A stretch of DNA of 64,000 nucleotides from Candidatus Latescibacterota bacterium (GTDB lineage Bacteria; Krumholzibacteriota; Krumholzibacteriia; WVZY01), in assembly GCA_963791045.1 (NCBI GenBank), contig CAWBQK010000017.1, positions 256,001-320,000 of the forward strand, given 5' to 3'. Of the stretch, positions 9,653 through 18,881 are shown in pieces (the first letter of the stretch is position 1; each line of letters opens with the position of its first letter). The notes beneath the pieces are model-generated. The model ran no database searches and was not told the DNA's origin. It saw only the letters and a program-made list of their open reading frames with translations. The position numbers and the translations under genes were made by a program.

Positions 9653-11026
9653 ATGAAGCGGCCAGACAGCGCGGAAGACATCCTGCAGCGAATCGTCATA
9701 TCGCTGGACGGCCCGGCGGGATCGGGGAAGACCACGACGGCTCGCGAAATCGCCGCTGCGCTCGATTTGCTCCATATCGACACGGGGGCGATGTACCGGG
9801 CGGTTACGTGGAAGGCTCTCAACGATGGAGTTGATCCTGAAGACGAGCCCAGCGTGACGTCCATTGCGACGGCTATCCAACTTGATTTTCCGGACGGAGA
9901 TGACGGAAACAAACGTGTCATTGCGGACGGCAACGACATAACCGGTGCGATACGCACGCTCGAGGTGACAAAAAACGTATCGGTTGTCAGCTCGTATGCC
10001 GGCGTCCGGAGGGCGATGGTCGGCCTGCAGCGTCGGTTGTCGGAGACGGGTGGCGTCGTGCTCGAAGGGCGGGATATCGGCAGTGTGGTTCTACCGTCGG
10101 CGCACGTCAAAGTGTACCTCGACGCGTCGACCGATGAGCGCGCCGAACGACGGCGCAAGGAACTCGCACAAAAGGGTATCGAAGAACCCTTCGATGCCAT
10201 ACGCGCCGATATCGAGAGACGCGATCACTTCGATTCGAACAGGGAACACAGCCCGCTTAAAATTCCCGTGGGAGCGCATATTGTCGATACGACCTCGCTG
10301 TCCATAAGTGAACAGGTGGGCAGGGTCGTTGATATCGCAAAATCCACGGCGGCGGCGCTGTTCGAACTGGCGGCGAAGCCCGGACAGAGGGCCGAGCTAA
10401 CCAGGAAGGCCTTTCACTACGAGTTGATCCGCCGATTCGCCCTCGTGTGCGCCAAGCTTCTTTTCGGGCTCCGGATCCAAAAGAAGGACGAGATTCCCTA
10501 TGTGGAGAACTTTATCTACGCCTCGAACCACAAGTCGAATGCCGATCCGCCTGTTATCGCGGGAACCGTGACCCGTGAGCTGGCCTTTGTCGCCAAGCGA
10601 AAGCTGTTCAAACTGCCGCTGCTCGGGGCCCTGATCCGGTCTCTCAACGCGTTTCCGACCCGAAGGGACATGTTCGACCGGGGTGCAATGGAGCATTGCC
10701 TGTCGGAACTCAACAGGGGACTGAGTCTCCTGATTTTCCCGGAGGGACACCGGATACGGGGCGAGGACCTTGGGCCCGGAAAACCGGGAATTGGCTATAT
10801 AGCTCTGAATTCAGGAGTTGCCGTCGTTCCCGTCTTTCTCTCCGGTACCGGCAATCTCAAATCTGCCTTTTTGCGCCGGCCGCGTATCACGGTCATCCAC
10901 GGGCGCCCCATCAGGCTCGCCGACCCTTCCAAAATCGATCCGACCTCGGAGAACTGCCGGGAATTCACCAATATGGTGATGTGCGCGATCGACGGGCTGC
11001 GTGAGGAATACGAGCGGGGCCGATAG
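9653..11026 (+). CDS. cmk: Cytidylate kinase fused to 1-acyl-sn-glycerol-3-phosphate acyltransferase
   Basis: DGPAGSGKTT, DTGAMYR, EGRDIG, then NHKSNAD and FPEG acyltransferase motifs. Confidence 0.9.
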   Translation: MKRPDSAEDILQRIVISLDGPAGSGKTTTAREIAAALDLLHIDTGAMYRAVTWKALNDGVDPEDEPSVTSIATAIQLDFPDGDDGNKRVIADGNDITGAIRTLEVTKNVSVVSSYAGVRRAMVGLQRRLSETGGVVLEGRDIGSVVLPSAHVKVYLDASTDERAERRRKELAQKGIEEPFDAIRADIERRDHFDSNREHSPLKIPVGAHIVDTTSLSISEQVGRVVDIAKSTAAALFELAAKPGQRAELTRKAFHYELIRRFALVCAKLLFGLRIQKKDEIPYVENFIYASNHKSNADPPVIAGTVTRELAFVAKRKLFKLPLLGALIRSLNAFPTRRDMFDRGAMEHCLSELNRGLSLLIFPEGHRIRGEDLGPGKPGIGYIALNSGVAVVPVFLSGTGNLKSAFLRRPRITVIHGRPIRLADPSKIDPTSENCREFTNMVMCAIDGLREEYERGR

Positions 11027-11163
11027 ACGGACCCCCTCTTGTCCCAGTCCTATCGGCAAAATCATCCTATTTATACTTTTCATTTGCATTTATCAGGATT
11101 CGGGATTATTATTCTCGGGTCATTTTTATGACAAAAATCTACTGTAAAGGGGGAATTTTTTTT

Positions 11164-13377
11164 ATGGACGTTACCGGTATGGGGTCCCCTGAGACCCCAA
11201 GAGACGAAGAAATAAAAAAGATGGGGGGTGATACGTCACAAGAAGAGGTGGCGACAGTAGCCGCCGCGACCACCAAGAAGGGTGGCCGAGGCCGTCGCTC
11301 GCCTGTTTATGCGGATTTTGAAGAGCTGGATAGGGAAATGGCCGTCAAGGAATCGGAAGGCGACCAGAGCGAGTCCGGTTTGGCTCTGATCAAAGAACTT
11401 GACAGTATGGTTAGTACGTTTACCGAAGGCCAGATTGTCAAAGGTTCGATCACGGAGATAAGAGAAAACGAGATCATAGTTGATGTCGGATTCAAGAGCG
11501 AGGGAACGATACCCGTTTCCGAGTTTCGTGATTTTGACCAGATTACTCCGGGTGATCCCGTCGACGTGTTTCTCGAGAAACTCGAGAACCAGGACGGCCT
11601 CGTCGTGCTTTCGAAAGAGAAAGCGGACTTCTTTAAGGTCTGGGATGAGATCAAAGATGGCTACGACGATGGCAGTATCATGGAAGGCCGTGTAGCGCGT
11701 CGAATCAAGGGAGGTCTCGTTGTGGATCTCCTCGGTGTGGACGCGTTCTTGCCCGGAAGTCAAATTGCCCTCAGGCAAGTACCAAATCTTGATGATCTGA
11801 TCAGCCAAACTTTAAGTTTCAAGATCATCAAAATCAACAAACGCAGACGAAACATCGTCGTTTCGCGACGGATTGTCCTTGAAGAACAGCGTGAAGAGCA
11901 GAAGAAAACTCTTCTCGGCGAACTCGAGGTCAGCCAGGTCCGCGAAGGTGTCGTCAAGAACATTACCGACTTTGGCGCGTTCGTCGATCTCGGTGGTGTA
12001 GACGGACTTCTTCACCTCACGGACATGACCTGGGGCCGCATCGGCCATCCGTCCGAAGTCGTTTCAATCGGCGATCAGATCAATGTTAAAGTGCTCGACT
12101 TCGACAGTGAGAGAGAAAAGATCTCACTGGGTCTCAAGCAGCTCACGCCACATCCGTGGGACGGCGTCGACGAACGTTATGTCGTTGACGAACGCGTTCA
12201 CGGTCGCGTGGTAAGCATCACCGATTATGGTGCGTTCGTCGAACTCGAGAAGGGTGTCGAAGGACTAATTCACATTTCCGAGATGTCATGGACACGGCAT
12301 GTGAAACATCCTTCCAAGCTCCTCTCCATCGGCGAAACGGTCGAGGCCGTCGTACTCAAAGTCGACAAAGAGCATCAGAAGATCTCGCTTGGTCTCAAGC
12401 AAATCGAACCGGATCCGTGGAGCCTTATCGAAGGCAAATATCCCATAAGCACGCGGTTGACCGGAAAAGTCCGGAATCTCACAAACTTTGGGGCATTTGT
12501 TGAAATCGAAGAGGGCATCGACGGTCTGCTTCATATTTCGGATATGTCGTGGGCGAAACGTGTTCGTCACCCGAGCGAAATGCTCAAGAAGGGCGACGAG
12601 ATCGATGTCATCGTTCTCGATATCAGCCAGGACAAAAAGCGGATCAGTCTTGGTATGAAACAGCTGCAGGATAATCCTTGGGATTCGCTCGCCACAGAGT
12701 TTGCCGTCGACACATCGGCGGAAGGCAAAGTGACGAGAATTCTCGATAGGGGCGCGGTTGTCGAACTGCGTTCGGACGTCGAGGGATTTGTCCCCGTGGG
12801 GCAGATGGGCAAGCCCGATCTGAAGCACCCCGAGGACTGTTTCTCGGTTGGAGATACCTTGCCGCTTAAAGTGATCAAGATCGATCCGAAAAACAAACGA
12901 ATCGTTCTTAGTATCGGGGCATATCTCAAGGGCCTGGAGGTCGAAGAGGTTGAGGCTTTTCACGAACGTTATCCGGTAACGGAACGTCCGGAAGAGGAAG
13001 CCTCTGAAGCTGCTGATGGAGAAGCCGTGGAAGCATCTGAAGCGTCAGATACGGCGAAATATCCGGAAGCGGCTGATGACTCCGGGGATGTCGCAACGGA
13101 AGCGGCCGGGGACGCCCCCGAAGCCGCGGCCGCCGAGACTGCTGAAACATCCGCCGAGGCGGAGACGCCTGAAGCGGAATCGGCAGAATCAGCCGATCCG
13201 GCACCGGCGGAAGCAGTCGAAGCCTCGGAGACGGCGCCTGAGGCCGTCGAAGAAGAAGCGACTCCTGAGCCCGTAGAGACCGCGGAGGCGCCCGCCGAAC
13301 CGGAAGCGGCCCCCGAAGCTGCGCCGGAAGAAGCCGCTGCCGATGAGCCCGAAGAAGAGGAGAAGAAAGAGCCCTAG
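11164..13377 (+). CDS. rpsA: 30S ribosomal protein S1 with N-terminal extension and Ala/Glu/Pro tail
   Basis: Six S1 repeats (DFGAFVDLGGVDGLLH etc.). Confidence 0.96.
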   Translation: MDVTGMGSPETPRDEEIKKMGGDTSQEEVATVAAATTKKGGRGRRSPVYADFEELDREMAVKESEGDQSESGLALIKELDSMVSTFTEGQIVKGSITEIRENEIIVDVGFKSEGTIPVSEFRDFDQITPGDPVDVFLEKLENQDGLVVLSKEKADFFKVWDEIKDGYDDGSIMEGRVARRIKGGLVVDLLGVDAFLPGSQIALRQVPNLDDLISQTLSFKIIKINKRRRNIVVSRRIVLEEQREEQKKTLLGELEVSQVREGVVKNITDFGAFVDLGGVDGLLHLTDMTWGRIGHPSEVVSIGDQINVKVLDFDSEREKISLGLKQLTPHPWDGVDERYVVDERVHGRVVSITDYGAFVELEKGVEGLIHISEMSWTRHVKHPSKLLSIGETVEAVVLKVDKEHQKISLGLKQIEPDPWSLIEGKYPISTRLTGKVRNLTNFGAFVEIEEGIDGLLHISDMSWAKRVRHPSEMLKKGDEIDVIVLDISQDKKRISLGMKQLQDNPWDSLATEFAVDTSAEGKVTRILDRGAVVELRSDVEGFVPVGQMGKPDLKHPEDCFSVGDTLPLKVIKIDPKNKRIVLSIGAYLKGLEVEEVEAFHERYPVTERPEEEASEAADGEAVEASEASDTAKYPEAADDSGDVATEAAGDAPEAAAAETAETSAEAETPEAESAESADPAPAEAVEASETAPEAVEEEATPEPVETAEAPAEPEAAPEAAPEEAAADEPEEEEKKEP

Positions 13378-13405
13378 ATCACAAAGGGATATTCTTCACT
13401 GTGTC

Positions 13406-13466
13406 ACTGTCCCCATGACGCTCCGCGGTTTTATAGCCAAGGGTTCGTTCATGGGGACAGTTTTTT
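13406..13466 (+). terminator. Long-stem intrinsic terminator after rpsA
   Basis: ACTGTCCCCATGA...TCATGGGGACAGT 13-bp inverted repeat followed by a T run. Confidence 0.75.
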
Positions 13467-13565
13467 ATGGCAGGATTGCTCGTTTCATCCCATGATTTTG
13501 AGGCTTGACGGGCTTTTCAAAACAATCCATGATTTAGCCAGTTGTTTTAAAAGGAGGCGAATCGA

Positions 13566-13880
13566 GTGTGGCTTATCAGAAGCGTCATTATCCTGGTTGG
13601 TGTCATCGCTTTTTTGTGGTTGGGAATGAACAACGCAGACCAAAGCGTTGATTTCAGGTTCTTTAACAAGACCTATCCCGCGCTGTCCGTGAACCTTTTG
13701 ATGCTGATGATTTTTGCGGCGGGAATGGTGTTCTCGTTCCTCATCTTCATCTTTAGCGAATTTCAACTGCGGCACACCATCAGCCGGAAGCAAAAAGAGG
13801 TCGTTCGTCTTCAGCGTGAGCTTGCCGCATTGCGGAACCTGCCGCTTGAGGAGGGGGAGTTTGAGAGAACCGACGGATAA
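13566..13880 (+). CDS. lapA: LapA-family small membrane protein
   Basis: Two hydrophobic helices with N...V..F, C-terminal coil LAALRNLP; upstream of a LapB-like gene. Confidence 0.75.
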   Translation: MWLIRSVIILVGVIAFLWLGMNNADQSVDFRFFNKTYPALSVNLLMLMIFAAGMVFSFLIFIFSEFQLRHTISRKQKEVVRLQRELAALRNLPLEEGEFERTDG

Positions 13881-13928
13881 TCCGACGGCCGTTCTCCACC
13901 CGGTATCACCCTCTTTGTGGGGAGTTAT

Positions 13929-15014
13929 ATGTTTTCATTTCGAAGAAAAAACCGTCCCACGTCGGACGAAGCCTATATCACGGCGTTGAAGCGGATGATC
14001 GATGGCGACCAGGAGAGTGCCCTGTCGTCGCTTCAGACGGCGGTACGAAGCGGGCAGGCGCGTACGGACGCCTATATCCGTCTGGGGAACCTGCTCCGCT
14101 TGCGCGGTGATGTTAACAAAGCCGTGCAGATCCATCAAAGTCTCACCGTGAAGACCGATCTCACGAAAGACGAAAAGGTTGAGTTGTTTCTCAATCTCGC
14201 CGAAGACTACGCGGCGATGGGCAATTCGGAAAAGTCCGCCCGGACGCTCGAGACGGCTGTCAAGACGTTGAACATAAAAGACCCTGCGGTTTTCCTGAAG
14301 ATCGCCAAGCAGTATCATGTGCTCGGTGAATTGGAGAAAGCGTACGACGCTTTGAAGGAAGCGTTGAAATACGGAGGAATTGGCGACCGCGAACTGGCCT
14401 TGTTTCTGGCGACGGCGGCGGGCGACCTGATCGAAAAGGAAGACAACAGGGAAGCAAAGAAAGTCCTGGCACGCGCTCTGAAACACGACGCGAACTGTGC
14501 GCCGGCACAGGTATTGGCCGGCGATCTTGCCGAGGCGTCGGGTGAAATTGACGAAGCGATCGAGAGGTGGCGTCAGGCAGCCCTGCTCTCACCCCAGCTC
14601 GCTCCGACCGTTCTCGGTAAGCTCGAAACCGTCCTCTACGACAAGGGGCGTTTTGGCGAAATTGAGAAAATTTACAACGACGTCCGTAACGCGAGGGGAA
14701 GCGACGAATCGGCGAGCCTCGGAATCGCGGCGTTCTATAAAAAGCAGGGACGCGGAGACGAAGCCATTCAGCATCTCGAGGACTATTTGACGGTATTCCC
14801 GGAATCGGCAAGAGGGCGCCTTCTGCTCGCGTCCTTGTACGCCAAGTACAGGGATCCGGACGCCCTGGAGCGCTTTCTTGACGAGTCGATAAAGGACTCG
14901 ATTGAGCATCGTCCCTATGTTTGTCAGGTTTGTCAGTATCAATCAGAATCGATTCGATGGCACTGTCCGCGGTGCAACGCGTTTGACTCTTTCTCAACCG
15001 ACCATGAAATTTAA
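13929..15014 (+). CDS. lapB: LapB-like TPR protein with C-terminal rubredoxin-like domain
   Basis: LGNLLRLRGDVNKAVQIHQSL, TPR repeats, YVCQVC...WHCPRC. Confidence 0.8.
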   Translation: MFSFRRKNRPTSDEAYITALKRMIDGDQESALSSLQTAVRSGQARTDAYIRLGNLLRLRGDVNKAVQIHQSLTVKTDLTKDEKVELFLNLAEDYAAMGNSEKSARTLETAVKTLNIKDPAVFLKIAKQYHVLGELEKAYDALKEALKYGGIGDRELALFLATAAGDLIEKEDNREAKKVLARALKHDANCAPAQVLAGDLAEASGEIDEAIERWRQAALLSPQLAPTVLGKLETVLYDKGRFGEIEKIYNDVRNARGSDESASLGIAAFYKKQGRGDEAIQHLEDYLTVFPESARGRLLLASLYAKYRDPDALERFLDESIKDSIEHRPYVCQVCQYQSESIRWHCPRCNAFDSFSTDHEI

Positions 15015-16032
15015 AACCGCACTTTTAGCGCTGTTTGTTTTGTTCGCCGTATCGATGGCGGTCGCGCCCGTGCATGCGGATCGATTCGACGATGTTCGCC
15101 GCGAAATGTCCAAGATGCGTTATGACGCGGCTGAGGCCGCTCTCGTGGACATTGCGCGGGCCACTGAGGGGGACGACAAACAAGAAGCGCTTTTTCTCCT
15201 CGCCGGACTCAAACAATCGGTTTCCGAAGCCGAGATTATCTACCAGGAAGTCATCCGCATCGACGATTCGAACGACTGGGGCGTCGCGTCACAGGTTGAG
15301 TTGGCCAAGATTCAATACGCGATTGGAAATTACAACGAGGCGCTCGAAATGCTTGGCGAGTCGGGGGCCTGCCGCAAATCGGATGAGGCCTGTTATTTCC
15401 AGGGATTGTCCGCGGTGATGGTCAAGAGGTTCGACGTCGCCGAGGAATCGCTCTCGAAGGTCAAAAGCGGCAAGTTCAGGCCGTGGGCCTTCCTTTCGCT
15501 TGCCGAGGTCGAGATGGCGCTCGACAACGCCGACGAAGCATGTCGAAAGTACCGATCGATGGCGCGTTCGCAGATCAGCCCCACGGCTATGTACCGCTAC
15601 GGCGAATGTCTCGAGAAGCAGGGAGACGCCCCCGCGGCGACGGAGATTTTTGAAGAGATCGTGGACAATTTCGAGAACACGCCCGAGGCGCTTCTCGCCA
15701 CCGAGAAACTCAATATTATTCGCAGGGCTTCAGAACCGCCTCCACCGGAAGAGGCAGACTTGTCCCCGGCGGAAACGGAGGAGTTCACGCCTCTCGCCAC
15801 GGGATACACGCTTCAATTTGGCTCGTTCCAGGACCGGGCCAATGCCATCAAGCTGTCTTCACGATTGAAACGCGAATTGCCGGGCGTTCGAATCGACAGT
15901 AATCTGTTAAATTTTAAAGAAATACACCGTGTGCGGTTTGGATACTTTCGTAGTCGTGCGGACGCCCAGCGAAGAGCTGACGAAATCTCAAAACAAGTCT
16001 CCGAACCCTGCACAATAATGACCCTTCCTTGA
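15004..16032 (+). CDS. Secreted TPR protein with C-terminal SPOR domain
   Basis: Signal peptide MKFKTALLALFVLFAVSMAVAPVHA; YTLQFGSFQDRANA...HRVRFGYF. Confidence 0.8.
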   Translation: MKFKTALLALFVLFAVSMAVAPVHADRFDDVRREMSKMRYDAAEAALVDIARATEGDDKQEALFLLAGLKQSVSEAEIIYQEVIRIDDSNDWGVASQVELAKIQYAIGNYNEALEMLGESGACRKSDEACYFQGLSAVMVKRFDVAEESLSKVKSGKFRPWAFLSLAEVEMALDNADEACRKYRSMARSQISPTAMYRYGECLEKQGDAPAATEIFEEIVDNFENTPEALLATEKLNIIRRASEPPPPEEADLSPAETEEFTPLATGYTLQFGSFQDRANAIKLSSRLKRELPGVRIDSNLLNFKEIHRVRFGYFRSRADAQRRADEISKQVSEPCTIMTLP

Positions 16033-16042
16033 GACCGGAATC

Positions 16043-18745
16043 ATGAGTGAAATTTCGCCTTTGATGGCGCAGTACAGGGAGATCAAATCCCGTCACGAAG
16101 ACTGTGTTCTGCTTTTTCGTGTTGGTGATTTCTACGAGACGTTCTACGAGGATGCCGTGGAAGTCGCGCGAATCCTCAATATTGCCCTGACTACAAGGGA
16201 CAAGAATAAGCCGAACCCCATCCCGCTGGCCGGGGTTCCATTCCATGCGGCTGAAACATATGTTACGCGGCTCCTTTCCGCGGGCAAACGGGTGGCGATC
16301 TGCGAGCAGGTCGAGGATGCGTCTAAGGCGAAAGGTCTCGTGAAAAGGGACGTCGTCGAAGTACTGACACCGGGCACCTCGATGAACAACGATTTCCTCA
16401 AGGTGAAGGAAAACAACTTTTGCCTCTCACTCTGGGTCGATGAAGGACGGGCCGGGGTGGCCCTCGTCGATGTGAGTACGGGGGATTTTCTCGCCGGTGA
16501 AGAGCAACTTGACCTTGTCCAATATCTCATCCAGGGAAAAAGGGTGACTGAAATCGTCTGTCCGCGCGACGTCGACCGTTCGGTGATCGGGCCGCTATCG
16601 GAGGTCATCGGGGATCCAGTGGTTACGCGTCTCGATGAGGCGATATTCGGGAAGGATGCGGCCGAGTCGGCGATCGACGTCCAGTTCGGGGATGACGGGG
16701 TAACCGCACTCAACAAGGTGGGGTCGCTTGGTGTCCGAGCGACCGGGATACTCCTCTCGCATTGTCAGTCGCTCCGGGAAGGAGCAATGGCCCAGGTTAC
16801 AAAGGTCGACACCCTCGGGCACGTCGAGTTCCTGGCGCTCGACGAGGAGACTATTCGCAACCTTGAGTTGTTCGAACCGCTATACGGCGCAGACACTCGG
16901 GCGACACTCATCCGTTTGATCGACAAGACCCTGACGCCGATGGGCGGACGGGAGATTCGTGGATGGCTACAGAAACCGCTCTGTCACGTTGAAATGATTG
17001 ACGAACGCGTTGAAGCCGTCTCCGAAGTCTATGGCGGCACGCGGCTCCAGGAATCGCTCATGACAATCTTGCGCGGGGTGCAGGATATTCAGCGTGTCGG
17101 CGCGAGGATATCGGCGCGCAAGGCCATCCCGAGGGAATTTCACACGCTCAGAGAATCGCTCGAGCGGATTCCGGAACTGTTAACCATTCTCAACGGATGC
17201 CGTTCGGGACTCCTCGTGCGAACGGCGGATGAACTGCTCGATCACCGCGATATAGTCGATCTGATTGCGGAATCGATTGTCGAAGAACCGCCGGGGCATT
17301 TGCGCGACGGTGGTGTAATTCGGCAGGGATACTCGGAGGAGCTCGACGGACTTCTGGTCCAGAGCGCGGATGCCAAGAAATGGATTGCCGGACTGGAAAA
17401 ACGCGAACGCGAACGTACCGGGATCGGGAGTCTCAAGGTTGGTTTTAACAGGGTGTTCGGATACTACGTCGAGGTATATAAGTCGCATCTTGACTCGGTT
17501 CCGGCCGACTATGTCGCCAAGCAAACTTTGATGAATTCGGAGCGTTACTACACCGCGGCGCTCAAAGATCGCGAACAAATGATCCTCGAGAATGACGAGC
17601 GGCGGATTGCCTGCGAACAGAAAATCTATGACGAACTGTGCGAGAGGATTTCAAAAGTGCTTCCGCTGCTCCAGGCGACGGCACGTGCAGTTGCCCGCGT
17701 GGATGCCATTCAATCGCTCTCTGCGGCGGCCCGGCAGCACCGTTTCAAGCGGCCGGTCGTCGATGATTCGAGAGTTCTCGAACTGGTTGGAAACAGACAT
17801 CCGGTTCTCGAACAGGTCGTATCCGAGGCGTTTGTACCGAACGATCTCCAGTTGGATTCGGACACAAAGCAATTCGCGTTGATCACCGGACCGAACATGT
17901 CGGGGAAGAGCACGTTTTTGAGGCAGGTCGCGCTCACTGTTGTGCTTGCGCAAATGGGCTCGTTCGTGCCGGCCGAGCGGGCACGGATCGGACTCGTTGA
18001 CAAGATTTTTACCCGGGTTGGAGCGACCGATCGTCTCAGCCGGGGTGAGTCGACGTTTCTTGTCGAAATGAAGGAGACGGCAAACATTCTCGAGCAGATG
18101 ACCGACAGAAGCCTCGTTCTTCTCGACGAGGTGGGAAGGGGGACGAGTACCTATGATGGGCTCAGCATCGCCTGGGCGGTAACCGAGTTTATCCTCCAGG
18201 GAGTCAAGGGACGCCCCAAGACACTTTTTGCGACACATTTTCATGAGCTTACGCAATTGCGGAACGCGTACCCGCGGCTGGTGAACCTTAAGATCACAAT
18301 AAAGGAGTGGGAAGGCGGCGTTGTTTTTCTCCGCAAAGTGATTCCTGGTACAAGCGACAGGAGTTACGGTATTCACGCGGCTCGCGTCGCCGGGCTTCCT
18401 GCTTTGGTTTTACGGAGGGCGGAAGAAATCCTCAAGTCTCTGGAGCTACGGCGGAATCTGCTGCGGCAGGGGGTGTCGCTCGAAAATGCGGACAACCCTC
18501 AGATTTCTCTTTTCCAGGCGGATCCCGGTGCGGGGTGGGAACTCGATACCAACAACGCTGATGGCGGTCGAGGGCACGCTTCTGAAGGAGACACGCCGAC
18601 CGGCGCGTCAAAGACTTCGGACGGTGTTTTGGACGAGCTAAAGATGATCGCCACTCTCGTCGACGCATTCGACATCGATGGATCCACGCCGTTCGATGCG
18701 CTCCAGTTTCTCAAAAGCCTCAAGGACCGGATGGCGAACCGCTGA
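16043..18745 (+). CDS. mutS: DNA mismatch repair protein MutS
   Basis: GDFYETF, TGPNMSGKST, DEVGRGTS, FATHFHEL, SYGIHAA. Confidence 0.97.
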   Translation: MSEISPLMAQYREIKSRHEDCVLLFRVGDFYETFYEDAVEVARILNIALTTRDKNKPNPIPLAGVPFHAAETYVTRLLSAGKRVAICEQVEDASKAKGLVKRDVVEVLTPGTSMNNDFLKVKENNFCLSLWVDEGRAGVALVDVSTGDFLAGEEQLDLVQYLIQGKRVTEIVCPRDVDRSVIGPLSEVIGDPVVTRLDEAIFGKDAAESAIDVQFGDDGVTALNKVGSLGVRATGILLSHCQSLREGAMAQVTKVDTLGHVEFLALDEETIRNLELFEPLYGADTRATLIRLIDKTLTPMGGREIRGWLQKPLCHVEMIDERVEAVSEVYGGTRLQESLMTILRGVQDIQRVGARISARKAIPREFHTLRESLERIPELLTILNGCRSGLLVRTADELLDHRDIVDLIAESIVEEPPGHLRDGGVIRQGYSEELDGLLVQSADAKKWIAGLEKRERERTGIGSLKVGFNRVFGYYVEVYKSHLDSVPADYVAKQTLMNSERYYTAALKDREQMILENDERRIACEQKIYDELCERISKVLPLLQATARAVARVDAIQSLSAAARQHRFKRPVVDDSRVLELVGNRHPVLEQVVSEAFVPNDLQLDSDTKQFALITGPNMSGKSTFLRQVALTVVLAQMGSFVPAERARIGLVDKIFTRVGATDRLSRGESTFLVEMKETANILEQMTDRSLVLLDEVGRGTSTYDGLSIAWAVTEFILQGVKGRPKTLFATHFHELTQLRNAYPRLVNLKITIKEWEGGVVFLRKVIPGTSDRSYGIHAARVAGLPALVLRRAEEILKSLELRRNLLRQGVSLENADNPQISLFQADPGAGWELDTNNADGGRGHASEGDTPTGASKTSDGVLDELKMIATLVDAFDIDGSTPFDALQFLKSLKDRMANR

Positions 18746-18881
18746 TCATCACCCCGAAAGATCCCTTCCTGTTTCCCATTACACCCCAAAATGGTCTGTG
18801 ATTTGCTATCATAAGGGAAACGGACTTACGGGCGACCGCGCCCGGACTTAAACTATATTCATAGGTGTACAGCGTAACCTT

